A stretch of 55,918 nucleotides of DNA, filler included, from Platydemus manokwari (Eukaryota): the NCBI GenBank assembly GCA_037951405.1. It is 5 parts of 5 records of this genome, joined end to end, with 100 filler letters (N's around TTAATTAATTAA, not from the genome) between each part and the next. Parts side by side here need not be neighbours in the genome. Positions count along the whole stretch, not along the records: positions 11,602 to 23,473 come from JBBMOY010419999.1; positions 23,574 to 32,323 come from JBBMOY011356205.1; 3 more parts are not named here. One strand, 5' to 3'. A model generated the notes under the pieces. The model worked only from the letters and a program-made list of their open reading frames with translations. It was not told the DNA's origin and searched no databases. Position numbers and translations under genes: made by a program. Position 1 is the stretch's first letter. Every line of letters starts with the position of its first letter. Shown piece by piece: positions 13,600-27,269 of the stretch.

Positions 13600-15175
13600 T
13601 TAGTCCAAGTATAATGTGTATAAGATATCGGCATTTTGTCTATTGTTTTTATCTGGTACTTAATAGGATCTGTCTTGCCTACATTCATTCTAAATTGACT
13701 AAAAACATCAATATTTTTCTATTATAACCATAATATATTGAACATCCTTTACTATTGATTTTGTGCTAAATTTTGTCAACAACACGCTTCAGAAAACGTC
13801 ACATTGTCGACACCAATAACTTCAATAGACTCATTATTTTAAATACTAAGAGTCTCAATATTTCTGATATCTACTTTAAGAATCAATATCGTGGTGGCCT
13901 CTGGTTTAAAGTTTTACAACAGTAGCTTTTGAAACGAATGGATTCGAATATTCTATATCATTATTTCATCATAATTTGGATTGACCATAGCATGGTATTT
14001 CTTCATACATTTTAAATTAATGAATATATAGGGCAATATTTGCTCAGGTAACCATGATATTGGATTTATATCTGTTTATTGTGGGATACGTTTTAACCAG
14101 TTTCAATGTAAACCCTTCGCTCATAACGTTTATATCCACATCAGCTTAGAACAATACCTTTGTCAAGTATCTACTCCTGAAATCACGACACCTTTGATTT
14201 GTGCGAAGTATGATCCAAATTGTCGTGGCCCGACAGTTTGTCTTCAAAGTATGTGACTTAATTTATTTTGCTGATTAAATCTTTAAAAATGGTTTCTCAC
14301 ACAGTTTTAACACAAAATCGTACTATGTAGCCAGTATTGTTACAATTACAGCACACTTTTCTGTCGACAAAGTTTTTATGACATTGTTTATGTTCTCGAG
14401 GATAGAGGCTCTTTGATAAATTCCGGTATTGTGAAACTTCATTGTTCTTGTTTATCGCCTTTTTAAGAATCTCGATTTCACCCTTTAAAGTTGTAACCAA
14501 GTATTTCTCATAACGCAAGACGCAGAAATTAATTTCATCATTATATAAAGTTGTTTATACTTCATCTTTGAGATTTTCTACTTTATCTAACATTTTAGGT
14601 TGAAAATTTTTTGGAAACCTTATTTAGCACGCCATTCAAAAGAACGACAAGCATACATTCTATTTAATCAATGATAACTTTATTCTTATTATCTTGACAA
14701 AATCTTTGATGTTTTAACCTTTAGATTGGTGAATATCAAATAAATGCATTATCTCACAAAGGCTTATTCAACAATTTCATTAGCATTTTTATCTAAAGAT
14801 TGAATCCCCAATTAATTTTCTTTACAATTCAGATCACTTTTTATATCATTTAGAATATCTTTTTAAAAAAACTCCTCGAAAACAGTGATTTTCGTCTTTC
14901 TCGTCAGAGTCGGAAAAATTAAATAGATCGATGAAATCCATAATATTTGAACAATGGTGTCCAGTTGTTTGATTAATTCTATTTTTAAGATATAAAATTT
15001 TGATTTTCTTTCCTTGAAAAGATGTCCCTATAATTTGCTTGCAAATTTCAAATCAGGCTCGTCCAGTGACGTTTTATAATGAAATAAGCTGCGATAAAAT
15101 AATACGTTTTATTAAAATTACATACAATTAAAACAACATATTTTGTGATAAACATGATTTCTATAATGTAACATT
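13600..15175 (-). mobile_element. decayed LTR retrotransposon gag-protease region
   Basis: ORF 14297-14518 ends in a degenerate zinc knuckle CCNCNNTGYIVRFC (Cx2Cx4[H>Y]x4C). Protease-like remnants follow downstream (EATTILI, VIGVDN). A PBS-like TGGACGAGCC on the minus strand at ~15056-15065 abuts a possible short LTR. Boundaries are uncertain. Confidence 0.55.
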
Positions 15176-18100
15176 ATTTAAATAGTTAAATCAATCTCGG
15201 TTAATGAACCTCTATTTCTATAAACTATGTTTGACACTTAAATCATTGACTTTGAGAATGTTGTTGTAACTCCAAATTGAAAACTTATCTTTACAAATTT
15301 AGTTAGCAGTGATTTGTAACTTATGCTATTTTACGAATAATCAAATTACTATAGCAACTACTATTACTTCATGAATAAATAAGTAACGCAAGTCAAGCTT
15401 AAATACTATTAAAATCAATAATAAAAACAAATAGCAATAAATACCAAATCATACATAATAATCAACAATAATAATTAGTTAAATTTTGTCCTTGTCAATT
15501 CAAGAATATAAGAATTCCAATCCAATCTATATTCTTACTAGTGGAGCCGATCCATTACACAGGATGAAATAAATAGAAATAGTATGAATTTTAAAATGAG
15601 TTTATAATACAGTTAACACTTAAGTTTGATCTTCCATTTATTAAACGATGTATAAACAAATGTTCGATCGATTGAACGGAAAAATGTTGAATTTATTCCT
15701 CAAATTCTGTCTAACAAACTAATGAAAAATGAAATTGTGACCACTGTCACTGTTTGTCTAGTCTCATATAAGGAAAGACTCGGTGAGTCATTGAAAGAAA
15801 AATTCTCTGCAATTATTTTTAATGGGCATTATTTTTCTCTGCTATTATTTTAAATTGGTTTTACTTTTCGTGAAAAAACAATTTCTGAAATTTATTAAAA
15901 GTAAGTATTCTATGACAGACAATTTCATCAGAATTATTTCTACTACTGGGATTTTACCAGAGAATCAAGTAATTACAAGCATTTTATTTTAATATGGAAA
16001 TTTGAAAAAAATATCTTAACTGGTTTATATTTTTAATTCATCGGAATTTTTTCCACTTTTCCACAGGATTATGCAAACCAGAAACAGCAACTATATCAAG
16101 AGACAATTATTATTTTAACAAACTCAACGAACATTCGAAATAATTGTATATAGCAAGAACATATATTCTAATTAATATTGACTCTTTGTTGGCTCTAGGG
16201 CAATGCATTTTCGGACACAAGCGGTTTGAGTCAATTTAAATTATATTATTATTTTACCAATTGCTTTGTATTTGTATTAACCGTGATCAAAATTTCATTC
16301 TTAATATGTATTTTTTTAGATTTGGTAAATAAATTTGGTGACATTGACTTATATATGTGTCGTAAATACTGATAATTTAGTGAAATTTAGTGCTTGTAAA
16401 TTAAAAATATATACATCCACACATATTATTAATTTATTTTCAAGCTATTGTCTTTTATTCATTTCTTTCTAACATCATATTTATTTTCTAGTTAAATTTT
16501 AGTCACGCCAGATTTATTTAAGTGCATGAATTATGGAAACGGAAAAAATTGAATCTTATTATAAATTATGGATTTAGTAAAAAAAAATAATTACAACTAG
16601 AAATTATGCTTTAAATAATAATTAATTTACTAAAATTAACAAATGAATTTGTGAAATAAAATAACATTGTAACGATTTTAATATTCATAACAATATTTAA
16701 TTATATAATAATACTCAACATATACAAAAAATAATACATATATTATATAGATTAATAATTGTGTTAACATGGTAAATAAATTGAAGAAGTGTACCGCATT
16801 AATAGAAAAATGATATTCAAAGAGTGACTAAACTCTGTAAAATGCCATTTCAACACAAGATTATCCAAGCAATAAGCTAATTTCATACAATTTTCTATTC
16901 AGCCATTGTAGCTATAAAGTCACTAAACAGCTGCAAGAGTTTATTGTATGTTTTTAATTTAAGAAATTGAGTTAAATAACAACACCGTTATATGTTCAGT
17001 ATAAGAAATCGCAGTACCCACCTAATCTGCTAAACCTATATGCAGTAATTAATTCAAGAGTGCATACATTAATGTATTCGAATTTTGATTTGGATAATTT
17101 GTAATATACTATAATCTTTTTGTAATTCTGTTGAGTGGAATTTACATTCTAAATATCCGAAATTGTGAGAAGTTAGCCAAACCTGTAGTATTTATAATAT
17201 ATAATATCGTTAATTAATAAAATATAATTCGTATATCTTTCATGTTTTTATCAATGGTGTAAAGGACGAATCACATAATCGATGATCACTTCCCACATCT
17301 GAAGGAATATATGTTTTATTAATCTAATATTTTGTAATTAATTATTGCATTCGATTAACCAATGACTGATTTTTCTAATATTACTTGCAAGTTTTATTAT
17401 CGATATATCTTAAGAGAATTGTTTTTCTTATTGTGTTACAATAATTGAATATACTTAAAAACTAATGTAAAATCAAAGATGAATAACAAATACAATCGAT
17501 TAATCCCACTACCCAAATAATGACAACCAAAGGCTGTCATGACAAGACACTAAGAGAAGAACAGAAAACAATTAACAAGCATAAAACAAACAAATCAATT
17601 ATAAATACCAGCAGCAAATGTCACATATGAAATAATTCTCAAAGGTTTAGAACAAAGATTTTGGAAAAAATTCAGAAACACAAATACCAACTATTATGAA
17701 TTATTAAGTGACATCATCCCTGCGAGATAGTTGATTATTACATAATGCATGTTGGTGCAACATTGCCATCAACATCTTTCACTCTACAATCAAAAAATTT
17801 CATCTCACATTTAACAAGAGTCAGTTCAATTAACTCCTAAGCAAATTCTTCTGACATACTTCAGATTAAGTCGAGGAAACATATTAAATTATTTTAGATA
17901 TTTATTTACCTTCTATGATAACTTGATTTATTTTAAACAATGAGTTATTTCTGTTTATTAGTAATTTAATAACACACAACCTACAATTTGATCGAAATCA
18001 GATTATTGTTAGTGGATATCGTCACAATCTAATTCTATTCACATATACAACATTAAATAAAGTGTCATCAATATTGTGATTAAATATATTTATGGGTAGA

Positions 18101-21100
18101 ACTTCGTAAATTCATTTTCAATTCGTATTTAATCACCAATAATAATCAATGTTATTTATTTTAAGTTGCCTGCGTACAATTTGTCGAAGCATCTTTTTAG
18201 CGATTATGTGACCACTATGACCATAATTTATGAAAACCAACAATTTTAACAAATATTTGCTTTTATATTTCTTGTAAATTTATTAAACAAAGTATTTCGT
18301 TGCCATTTCAGAAATTGGAAGATTTGGTAAAATATTTTTACACTTTGCTTTATTCTTCAACGATCTTTAAAGGAAAATCCTGGAAGTAAGAATATTAATG
18401 CATTATAAATAAATTCAAAATATTTTTAAGATCAATAAAAAAATCGCCAAATAAACTAGTAAGCACGTTGACTAGTATATAAGAAAAGATATACAAAGCT
18501 AAAAATCTAATTGAGAAATCTGTGAATTTCGAGTGAGATATTTACAAATTGATTGTATTAGAATATCACTCAGTAATAATTGTTACAACATGATCGCACT
18601 TGTTAATCAATAAAATTTCTTCATTATTAAAGGCCCTAAATATCACCAGTGTATCAAAGATTAAATTGTTTTTACCCAACTAAATATAATAAATTAACAA
18701 AAAACGTCACGCAATAAAGAGCTTTAAAACATTCAAATCATAACATTCGCATCAACAATAAAAATTGATATTCACTCTATAAGCACTTAAATTTAATTAA
18801 AATAGGATCTATTACATAACAATCAGTAAGAAAGTAAGTTTGTGCAATAGGTATTGATTATTTCATTGCAATAAATTTTAACGTCTAAAAAAATTGAAGA
18901 TATTAGTAACATAGGAGTACATTTTCTAGTACCGTTGGAAAGATTACTTAAACACTTCAAGAATTGTTAAACCATAGTTCAATAATCAACAAGGACGGTG
19001 TCTTTATGTATATTAACAAGAAGTCTATACTCATCAAAGCTAGGCAGTATTAAGAGACCTTCATATCTTAGTGAATTGATATAAGTTGAGACCTTTATGA
19101 CTAGTAATGAAATTTTCCCTTTCTTATTACTGTAAGAAAACGAATTTCCATCTACTTTTAAATGTAATTTGTTAAAGGTCAAAGCCAATGTTAAGCAACT
19201 AGTTCTTATCATCAATGTCATTCCCAATTCAGATCAAGATCAGGTGGTTCAATCAAGCCACTCAATCACAACCAATCCATATTCCACAAGCTAATCACTT
19301 GATAAGTGGATATGGATAGCTAACATGTTATTTTTGTGTAATTGACAATGATAATGACAATTTGATCACAATCACTATATGATTTTGTTTAGCTAATAAT
19401 TGTTTTGATTTTGTATTAATTGTATATTAATTGTATAGCATTTAGCTTGCAAAAATTTGATAATTCGATGATATCTGTGTGATAATTACCCAATAATATA
19501 ATAAAATCTATAATAATAAAAATGATATAATAATATTTCAAGACTTATTGAAAATATTTTGTAGGCTTATTTGAGAATCAGAAATAATTAATAATAATCA
19601 ATAATCAAAATAACAGGAAAATTAAAACGAATGAAATCCAAGCAGTAAAAATAATTATTAAATCCAACAAAAGAAAACTAATTAAATAGATTATTATTAT
19701 TCAGCATGAAAAAGCAATACGCAGTCGATAGTAGATGAAATATCGCCTTCAGAAAATTTCTGTTTTCAAGATTACTGTAAAGAATCTATTAATAATTACG
19801 AACTTAACTCATACAACTTTGTGACATCAAGTGAAAACACATAATAAGCCTATAAAAGGAGTTTGATGTCGCGAGAAACTGACAGACTTTCTTGTTCGGT
19901 AACTGTTATATATCATGACTTTTATGTGATTTGTTATGTTTGTTATCTTTGTCGCTGTCTAACTTTCGGGTACTGGTCCCGCAGCGTATTGATTATTGAT
20001 TTGATCTTTGTGAGTGCGAATCAGGAACGCGATTATTGACAATTTAATTTCATGTATAATATTGTTATCATTAATTACAATATATTTTATCAATTGAAAA
20101 TCTAATCGAATGGCCAAGATTTGAGTTTAATTATTTTATCATCTGTAGTGAATACTAGTGAATCAATAAATTCAACAGGTGAGGTCAGTCCATAGATACT
20201 ATGCTAAATATAAATTTCATTACTCAAATTCGTCTATTAAATTCAAGACTAGCAACTTAGTTTACACAACTACTGACATAAAGTAGAATAAGGACCAATC
20301 CTTTAGCTTTAAGTATAGATTTTAATAGATTAGTATTTTAAATTCACAATAATTCATTAAAATTATTCAACTAGCTTTGTCTAAGAAACTTTCTTCAAAA
20401 TGATTCTACAGCCTTTATCCAAGATGATTAATGTAAACAAGAAAATGAATTGGGTATTAAAGGAGCAAAGCAATGAAATAGAAAGAGACGGTAAAAATCG
20501 GAAAGTATACACTAATAATGAACGAAACCTGAGATAATTTGGCAACATTGATGACAAAATAATAAATGAAAAAAAGAGGTCGATGGACTATAGAAGTAAA
20601 ATTAAATGAGGCACATTTTTCAGATAAATTAGTGAAAGAAAATTATTAATCAACAGAGATATCTGTGGCGCCGGTGGGATTCAGAAATAGTCAACTTTAA
20701 TGACTAGAGCAAACAAACCAAACAAGTTATCCCTGATGACATGTTGTTCTGTATAATCATTTTAATTGAAATTTGAACTTTTGTGTGATAACTTTCACTT
20801 TTAAGCAAACTTTTATGACAATCTATTATGTGTGTAATCAATTTTATGACAATTTAATGTGTAACTACATAGTAATCAATAAATATTGTAATGATAATAA
20901 ATAATTATGTATAGTTAATATGAATAAAGTAAGGATAACACATTAATAATTACATATGTAGTAAATTATCCGTATTAATTATAAATATCAATTTATTATA
21001 ATTATTTATTTTGATATTAAAAATTTTATTAAATTTTATATTAAAATCGCCATCAGTTAGATGAGAATATTAATGGGAATATAAAATTAAAAATAATAGA

Positions 21101-23418
21101 TACATCAAAATAATCCAAGACAATTAAAAATAAATTGAAAGAACTTAGCAGTATAAATAAAACAATATTCAGTATTTGCGACGAAATAAATAAATTTGAG
21201 GAAAAAATAATCTGCCAGACTACAGGAATTAAATTTATTTTACCAGTGAATTTAAGTAATAAAATAACCAACAATGAACAATACACCTAAAAACAACTAT
21301 ACATACAGACACTCAAGTGATGAAAACCGAAATAAAATTTGGAAAATACTTGTTTTGAAATTAATATTGACAGTTGAAATAGATAAACTACATTGCTATT
21401 TAAGGTCAAATTGAAAAGGATGAAACTTATATTTGATATTACAAGACTTGTAGTTGTCATTAAAACCCACTTCTCCATCTGATTTGATAAATCTTTTGTT
21501 ATTTATAGTTTGGAAGTTAACCTTCCTGATTATAAACATATTACATTTTTTAATAGATATTTTTAATAATTACAGGTTTTTTCGGCAGTCACGTTATCGC
21601 TGAGGTAAACCACTTTCGCTTAGCTAATTGAAAAAACTATTTCTGTTAATTTTCAGTATGCAAATAATTTTATTTTATTCGTGTCATTGATTCAAATTTT
21701 TGATTAAAAAATAAGATATTATTTTAAATTGTGTTGACTTTTAGTAAATGACTTCAATATTCAGTGGAGTCTGAAATTGATTGTTATTATAAGAATCGTA
21801 ATTTAGTATTGAAAATTATTATAGTAATTCAACAGAATTATGGTCTACTTTGAACTGGAAAAATCAATACGAACCAAATTGTTTGCAACTAACTGATCAG
21901 CAGAATGCTGGGATAAACTATAAATCAATCGATGAAATTAGAGGAACATAATATAAAATAAAAATTGAAAAATTTTAACTTGCTGCTTTGAGAATATAAA
22001 TAAATGAAACGCTTATTATAACTGAACTCAAAATATAAATTTAAAGAACTTCCTGTAAAATTGTATTATTGTGAATATCAAGTAACTTGCATTCTAAGTA
22101 AGTTTTTTTCATTTTTATTGTCAAATAAATTTTTATAACATTGTCTTCTTTTACACACTTATTATGCAGCCATTTGAGAACAATAAATGGAAAAGTAAAA
22201 TAAAGATAACAAAAATTACAGTATCATAAAACCTGCAGTATTACATAAGAAATTATTTGATAACCATTATAATACTAAAATTAAATTAAATTATAAACTA
22301 TAAATATTTGTGTGGTAGTCTTCATAGTATTCACAGAAGCCCTTTAGGGACCAGACCTAAGTAGAGATACATTTTTTGAGGATGCGCTCCACTTAAAACC
22401 CTCGTCGTCAAACATATTCAAATCCGCGAAGCAACATCAATACCCAAAACCCTCAAATATAGAAAACACTAATAAACTCAGCAACCATTGACAAATATGT
22501 ATGAATTTAATAAATAAAGCATGAATACGTATCAGTAATTAACATTCTGTCCAGTCAGGAATTTTAAGAAATAAAACTAAAATGTACTGATTTTTTTGTG
22601 TAGGAAAGAATAATCCAGGAAAAAAATAAGGAAACACCCATAAACTTAACCTTTTAGTGCTTATGTCTTAAAAAGAAAATAAGGTCTGATTTAGTGCATG
22701 TTTTCTACATGCTACCCTTTGAAATTCGAAATAATGTTTAGGTGAGTTAAAATTGAGTGATTATTTTTTCTGGTTCAGTTGATAAACTATCAAGAATTGG
22801 ATGAAGAAAACCCGGAGATATATTACTTGTTCATTGGACATTGTGGATACTAAGATTGCTAAGTGACATTCGACATAATTTCGAAATCGACACGAATAAC
22901 ATTATCTTAATAATAATAATAGCTTTTAAAAGTTTAATAATTTGGATTAAATCATATTTGTCTTATTGCAATTTTGTTTTAAAGTTTGAAATAAGTGATT
23001 GAATAAACAATCTTATGAATTATCTTCGTAAATAAGTTAATATTCTCGTTTAATAGACTGTTATATAGAGTATTGTGCGTACTCATTTTATTGAGTTTTT
23101 ATAAATAATTTTATAAAGGAACAATCACCCACACGTAAAAGCGTCTATAAAATTAAAATGCTTCACTTCGGAAATTTTACATACTTCATATTTGCAATCT
23201 CATCGCAAATCGGAGAACTTCAAACATATTGAATGTAATAGTACTCCGGTTGAGTATTTTTTGCTACTTTATCATAGAATTTTTACCAAATTCGTTTCAT
23301 TCATCCGGCATTAGATCAATTTGGTTTGGCATCAGATTTATTATAAAGTTATGCATCTCGTCTGTTTAAAGTAACCATTGTAACCTCTAAAAAATATTAA
23401 TTACAGGGTTATTCATGA

Positions 23419-23473
23419 TTATAATCTCATTTATTCAAATTTATAATCACATTTATTCAAATTTATAATCTCA
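23419..23473. repeat. 22-bp tandem repeat running into gap
   Basis: About 2.5 copies of ttataatc(t/a)catttattcaaat. Confidence 0.85.
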
Positions 23474-23573
23474 NNNNNNNNNNNNNNNNNNNNNNNNNNN
23501 NNNNNNNNNNNNNNNNNTTAATTAATTAANNNNNNNNNNNNNNNNNNNNNNNNNNNNNNNNNNNNNNNNNNNN
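23474..23573. other. assembly gap spacer
   Basis: N44-TTAATTAATTAA-N44. Confidence 0.98.
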
Positions 23574-23652
23574 CAAATAGAACAGCTTGAATATGTCTAC
23601 TTTCTCTTCCGTTATATTTTAATATATTTGGCAATTGCCTATGGTAGTCGAA

Positions 23653-23683
<31 letters not shown>

Positions 23684-23842
23684 AGAGATAAGTATAGCAA
23701 GTTGATTGATTGGTATATGCGAATAGGCAACTGGAGACTGAATAGTGCTTCAATGTAATCTACAATAGAACAGTTAGGTTAGCACAGCAGTAACCTGTGC
23801 TCAAATTATTAACAGAACAAATGTTAATAAGGATTTAAATAG

Positions 23843-24030
23843 TGTTGAGTGGGATGAAATTCTGCAAAAAGAAAAACGAAATTGCATCTTGAGACTCTTG
23901 TATTGTACTTTAAACATTTGCTTGCCTACACAACTATACAGGCATAACAATCAGCCGATCATAGTGAAGTTAGATGGTGAACTACAATTGGAAAAAATGT
24001 CATAACTACACAACAACACAGGCATAGGGG
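23843..24030 (+). mobile_element. LTR family A, 5' portion only
   Basis: tgttgagtgggatgaaattctgcaaaaag...catagtgaagttagatggt aligns to 1364-1550, then similarity stops. Confidence 0.85.
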
Positions 24031-25388
24031 TTACTACTAAAATGTCATATTTAATCTGGTCGATAATATTTGGGAGAAACAAGGGGGAATTAAATCATGT
24101 CTCTCATTTTAAACACAAAATACAAATCAAATAAGTTTAAGCTTTCTTGACAAAGGCATAATAAAAATTTTTGGTAATTCACAACTGTATATTTTTAACT
24201 ATACTATATACTACATACTCGAGTGTTAAGTTACTTACAAGGATAATCATAAACATGTACATTATTACTTTTAATTTGGGGATGACAAAAATTTCCTAAA
24301 TAATTCTTAAAATTGTGATACAACAGCGGTAGAAGAACATTGACGTAATAATGACAAAACAACTAAGTTTTTTCTCATGGAGATTAAAAACTAATTTTAT
24401 TGATCATCGTAATTGATTTTATATAGATTATCATTAATTATTCCTCTTTATATTTTCTTTGAAATCCGAGATATTCTTTATTTTAAGATTTGTCTTTAAA
24501 ATTGAATTTTTGGTGTAAAAACTTCTAATTATATATTGTTAATGCGACTATAGTATAGCATAATGTTTTTTCAATCCATAAGATGATATTAAAACTAGTT
24601 ATTAACATTGATTTGTGATTAGAATTTTTTTTAATATTCTTGACTAATTTATCTCTTCAGTGATTCTTTGATTTGTGTGATGGCATCCTTAAATAGTTTT
24701 GTACAATTTATAAGGTAGTGTGGGACAGTTTTTTAAAAATGTAATACTCTTATTAAATAATCTTGATGCGCAACTATTTGATGACAATAAGCCTTCTCAG
24801 TTGAAGTTAAGCAACTTTTTTTAAATAATATAATAAGCATAATTCGAACATAATTGTGGATATTTAATTATAACGGTTTTAACTAAATCATTCTGAAATA
24901 TATCGTCCCGAAAGAAAGTGGCAAGAGAACAAGGACTTGTAATTGCAGAAAAAGTAGAAATGGCAACTGGTGAAATGAGAAAAATAAATTTGAAACCTGA
25001 AATAAAAGTAATAAGTGGTAATACATAAATCATACAAAAATCGGCCGAAAATTTTTTTACACACCACCATTTATAAAGCCTGTAATTGCTGTTGACAAAG
25101 GACTCCTATGTGACATGTTTTGTTAATAATTATTTATTATGACAAAAAACTTATATTCTAAGAAGATTCATGATAATATGTAGTATGTAGCAACATATAT
25201 TGCGGATCTAACGGTGCGATGTACAGGCAGCCCGTCTTTTAATTAAAACAATGATCTTGGATCTAGATAATGATATGTAGCTATTTTACTGGCAAACCCA
25301 GAACATATATTTTTCAAGTCGAACTGACATAAGCAATTTAGAGTACATTATTACAGGGTAATTATTAAGTAGGAAATATAACATATGG

Positions 25389-25493
25389 CAGGGGTGGCCA
25401 ACCGGTCGATCTTGTAGCCAATTTTAGTCGATCGCGTGAGATGTTATTCAAATGAAATGTCGATCTTACGCACACAAAAGTTGGCCACCTCTG
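25389..25493. mobile_element. hAT-type MITE (105 bp)
   Basis: Terminal inverted repeats CAGGGGTGGCCAAC / GTTGGCCACCTCTG (13/14 match). Imperfect 8-bp TSD ACATATGG / ACACATGT. Confidence 0.85.
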
Positions 25494-27269
25494 ACACATG
25501 TAATAGAGTATCTTTAAAATATCAAATAAATTGGTAAAATTTTTCGCTTGAGACTAGAAAGAGGAAATATTTAAACCTTCTTTAAAGCAAAAAAAATTAG
25601 CTGGATTATAATACTAGTGACCTAGGAAAAGTTGTAAAAAAATTCCGTTAACTACATTGCGTGACTATTTTTGGATGAAATATCCATGGACTGATCTCAC
25701 AATATCTAGTACTCTGTGCAAAATAAATATTAAAATAAAAAAACCATTTATAAATTTGGGTATAATCAAACCAACTGTACATCGTTTGTGAAATTGAATT
25801 TAATTTGGATCATTTCAGTATCATCGATTTATTTAAACAAGAATTAAATTGTCTTTACAAAATAATGTTACACATAATCATGTCATGAGTTTATTATACA
25901 TTGTTAATTAAGTCCGTGTTAATTTATTGTAATATTATTTCAGTATATTTGTAATAAAGATAATTATACATTCAGATAATTATTTATGATTGGAACCCAT
26001 TGTATATCTACAGAAATAGAATAATGTAAATTAATTGCTGCAACCTATATAGATATCATGTAACACTCGACAACACACACATTCAAACGTATACCGAACA
26101 AAGTAAATTGATATCTTTTATTTGACCACTTCGCCGACTCGCAACTGTGAAAGTACTCGCACACGTATTTGCCACTCTACCACACAAACACACTATCTCG
26201 AATATACATAACACACGCAACATGTGACAAGCACACACATACACTCAAAACACAAACAACTCGAGTTACGAAAATTGAAAACGAAATTGAATCAGAATTG
26301 TTAACATTCAAAATATCAAGTCTTTCTTGATCTTCAATTTGTTTGTTCGACAGTAAAATTTTCATTCGTTTTATTTCATTACGCACAATTAATTCTTTAA
26401 ACGTGGTTAATTAAGAAGGTAATAGTAATCATTTAATGCACTTTGATTGACAGGGTGTATCAACAGAATTCAACAACCAGTAGTTTATATTGCTCATTCA
26501 ACTGTGACATTAATAGTTCTCACAACTTCATTAAAAATCATCTTCAATCAATAATCCAGTCAGAACTTATCATGCTTTATACCAGAGGATTTCTGTTGAA
26601 GATTTTCGTTTTAGGTAATTTTTTTTTGAAATATTTTAATGAAATATTTTCATATTTTTTAAAATAAATTTAATGATAATTTATTACGATTATTCATTTT
26701 GATTGTTAATGTGACATGGTAGTTTATATATTTTTAAATTCATTGTCCTATAACAAACATCGATGTAAAGATTGAGATGGGAAAATTTTTTGAAATGCAA
26801 GAAATTCTTAATCAAAAAATTTTTTAAAATCATTTAAATATACCTTCTTAATTTACTGTAAAATTAAATTTGCATTTTAAAATTTTGAAAATTGGAAATT
26901 TTGGAGTAAATATTTGTAGTTCGTTAAAACTATTCTGATATTGATAAGCATGTTTTTTCCTGAAAATTGAAGATATTCGTTGTTGTCAAGATAATATTGA
27001 TATTGTAAACATTACATCATCGATTACACAATCCAGGTTCGATAAAATTGCGATAGAAACAATTTTTTCCCATCATCATTATTTTTAACAGGTTGTCGAG
27101 TGCATAATGATATCGATTTATTGAAAATATATTTTTTTAAAAGGAGATAAAAAATTAATTTTGAAGTTTTCTCGCAGAATTTTTAAAATATTCTTATTTT
27201 CCTTAGAAGAAATGGAAAAAAAAATGATAATAAAAATAAACATGTTGATATGATCCAGCTATATCATTT

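Noticed and set aside
17240-17310. Minus-strand peptide VGSDHRL resembling a LINE endonuclease motif
   Set aside because: Too short, with no other APE or RT motifs nearby.
19560-20869. Two further LTR-like stretches (TGTAGG...TACA with CTATAAAAG; TGTAGT...ACTACA)
   Set aside because: No convincing TSD or second copy in the window; plausible but unsupported.
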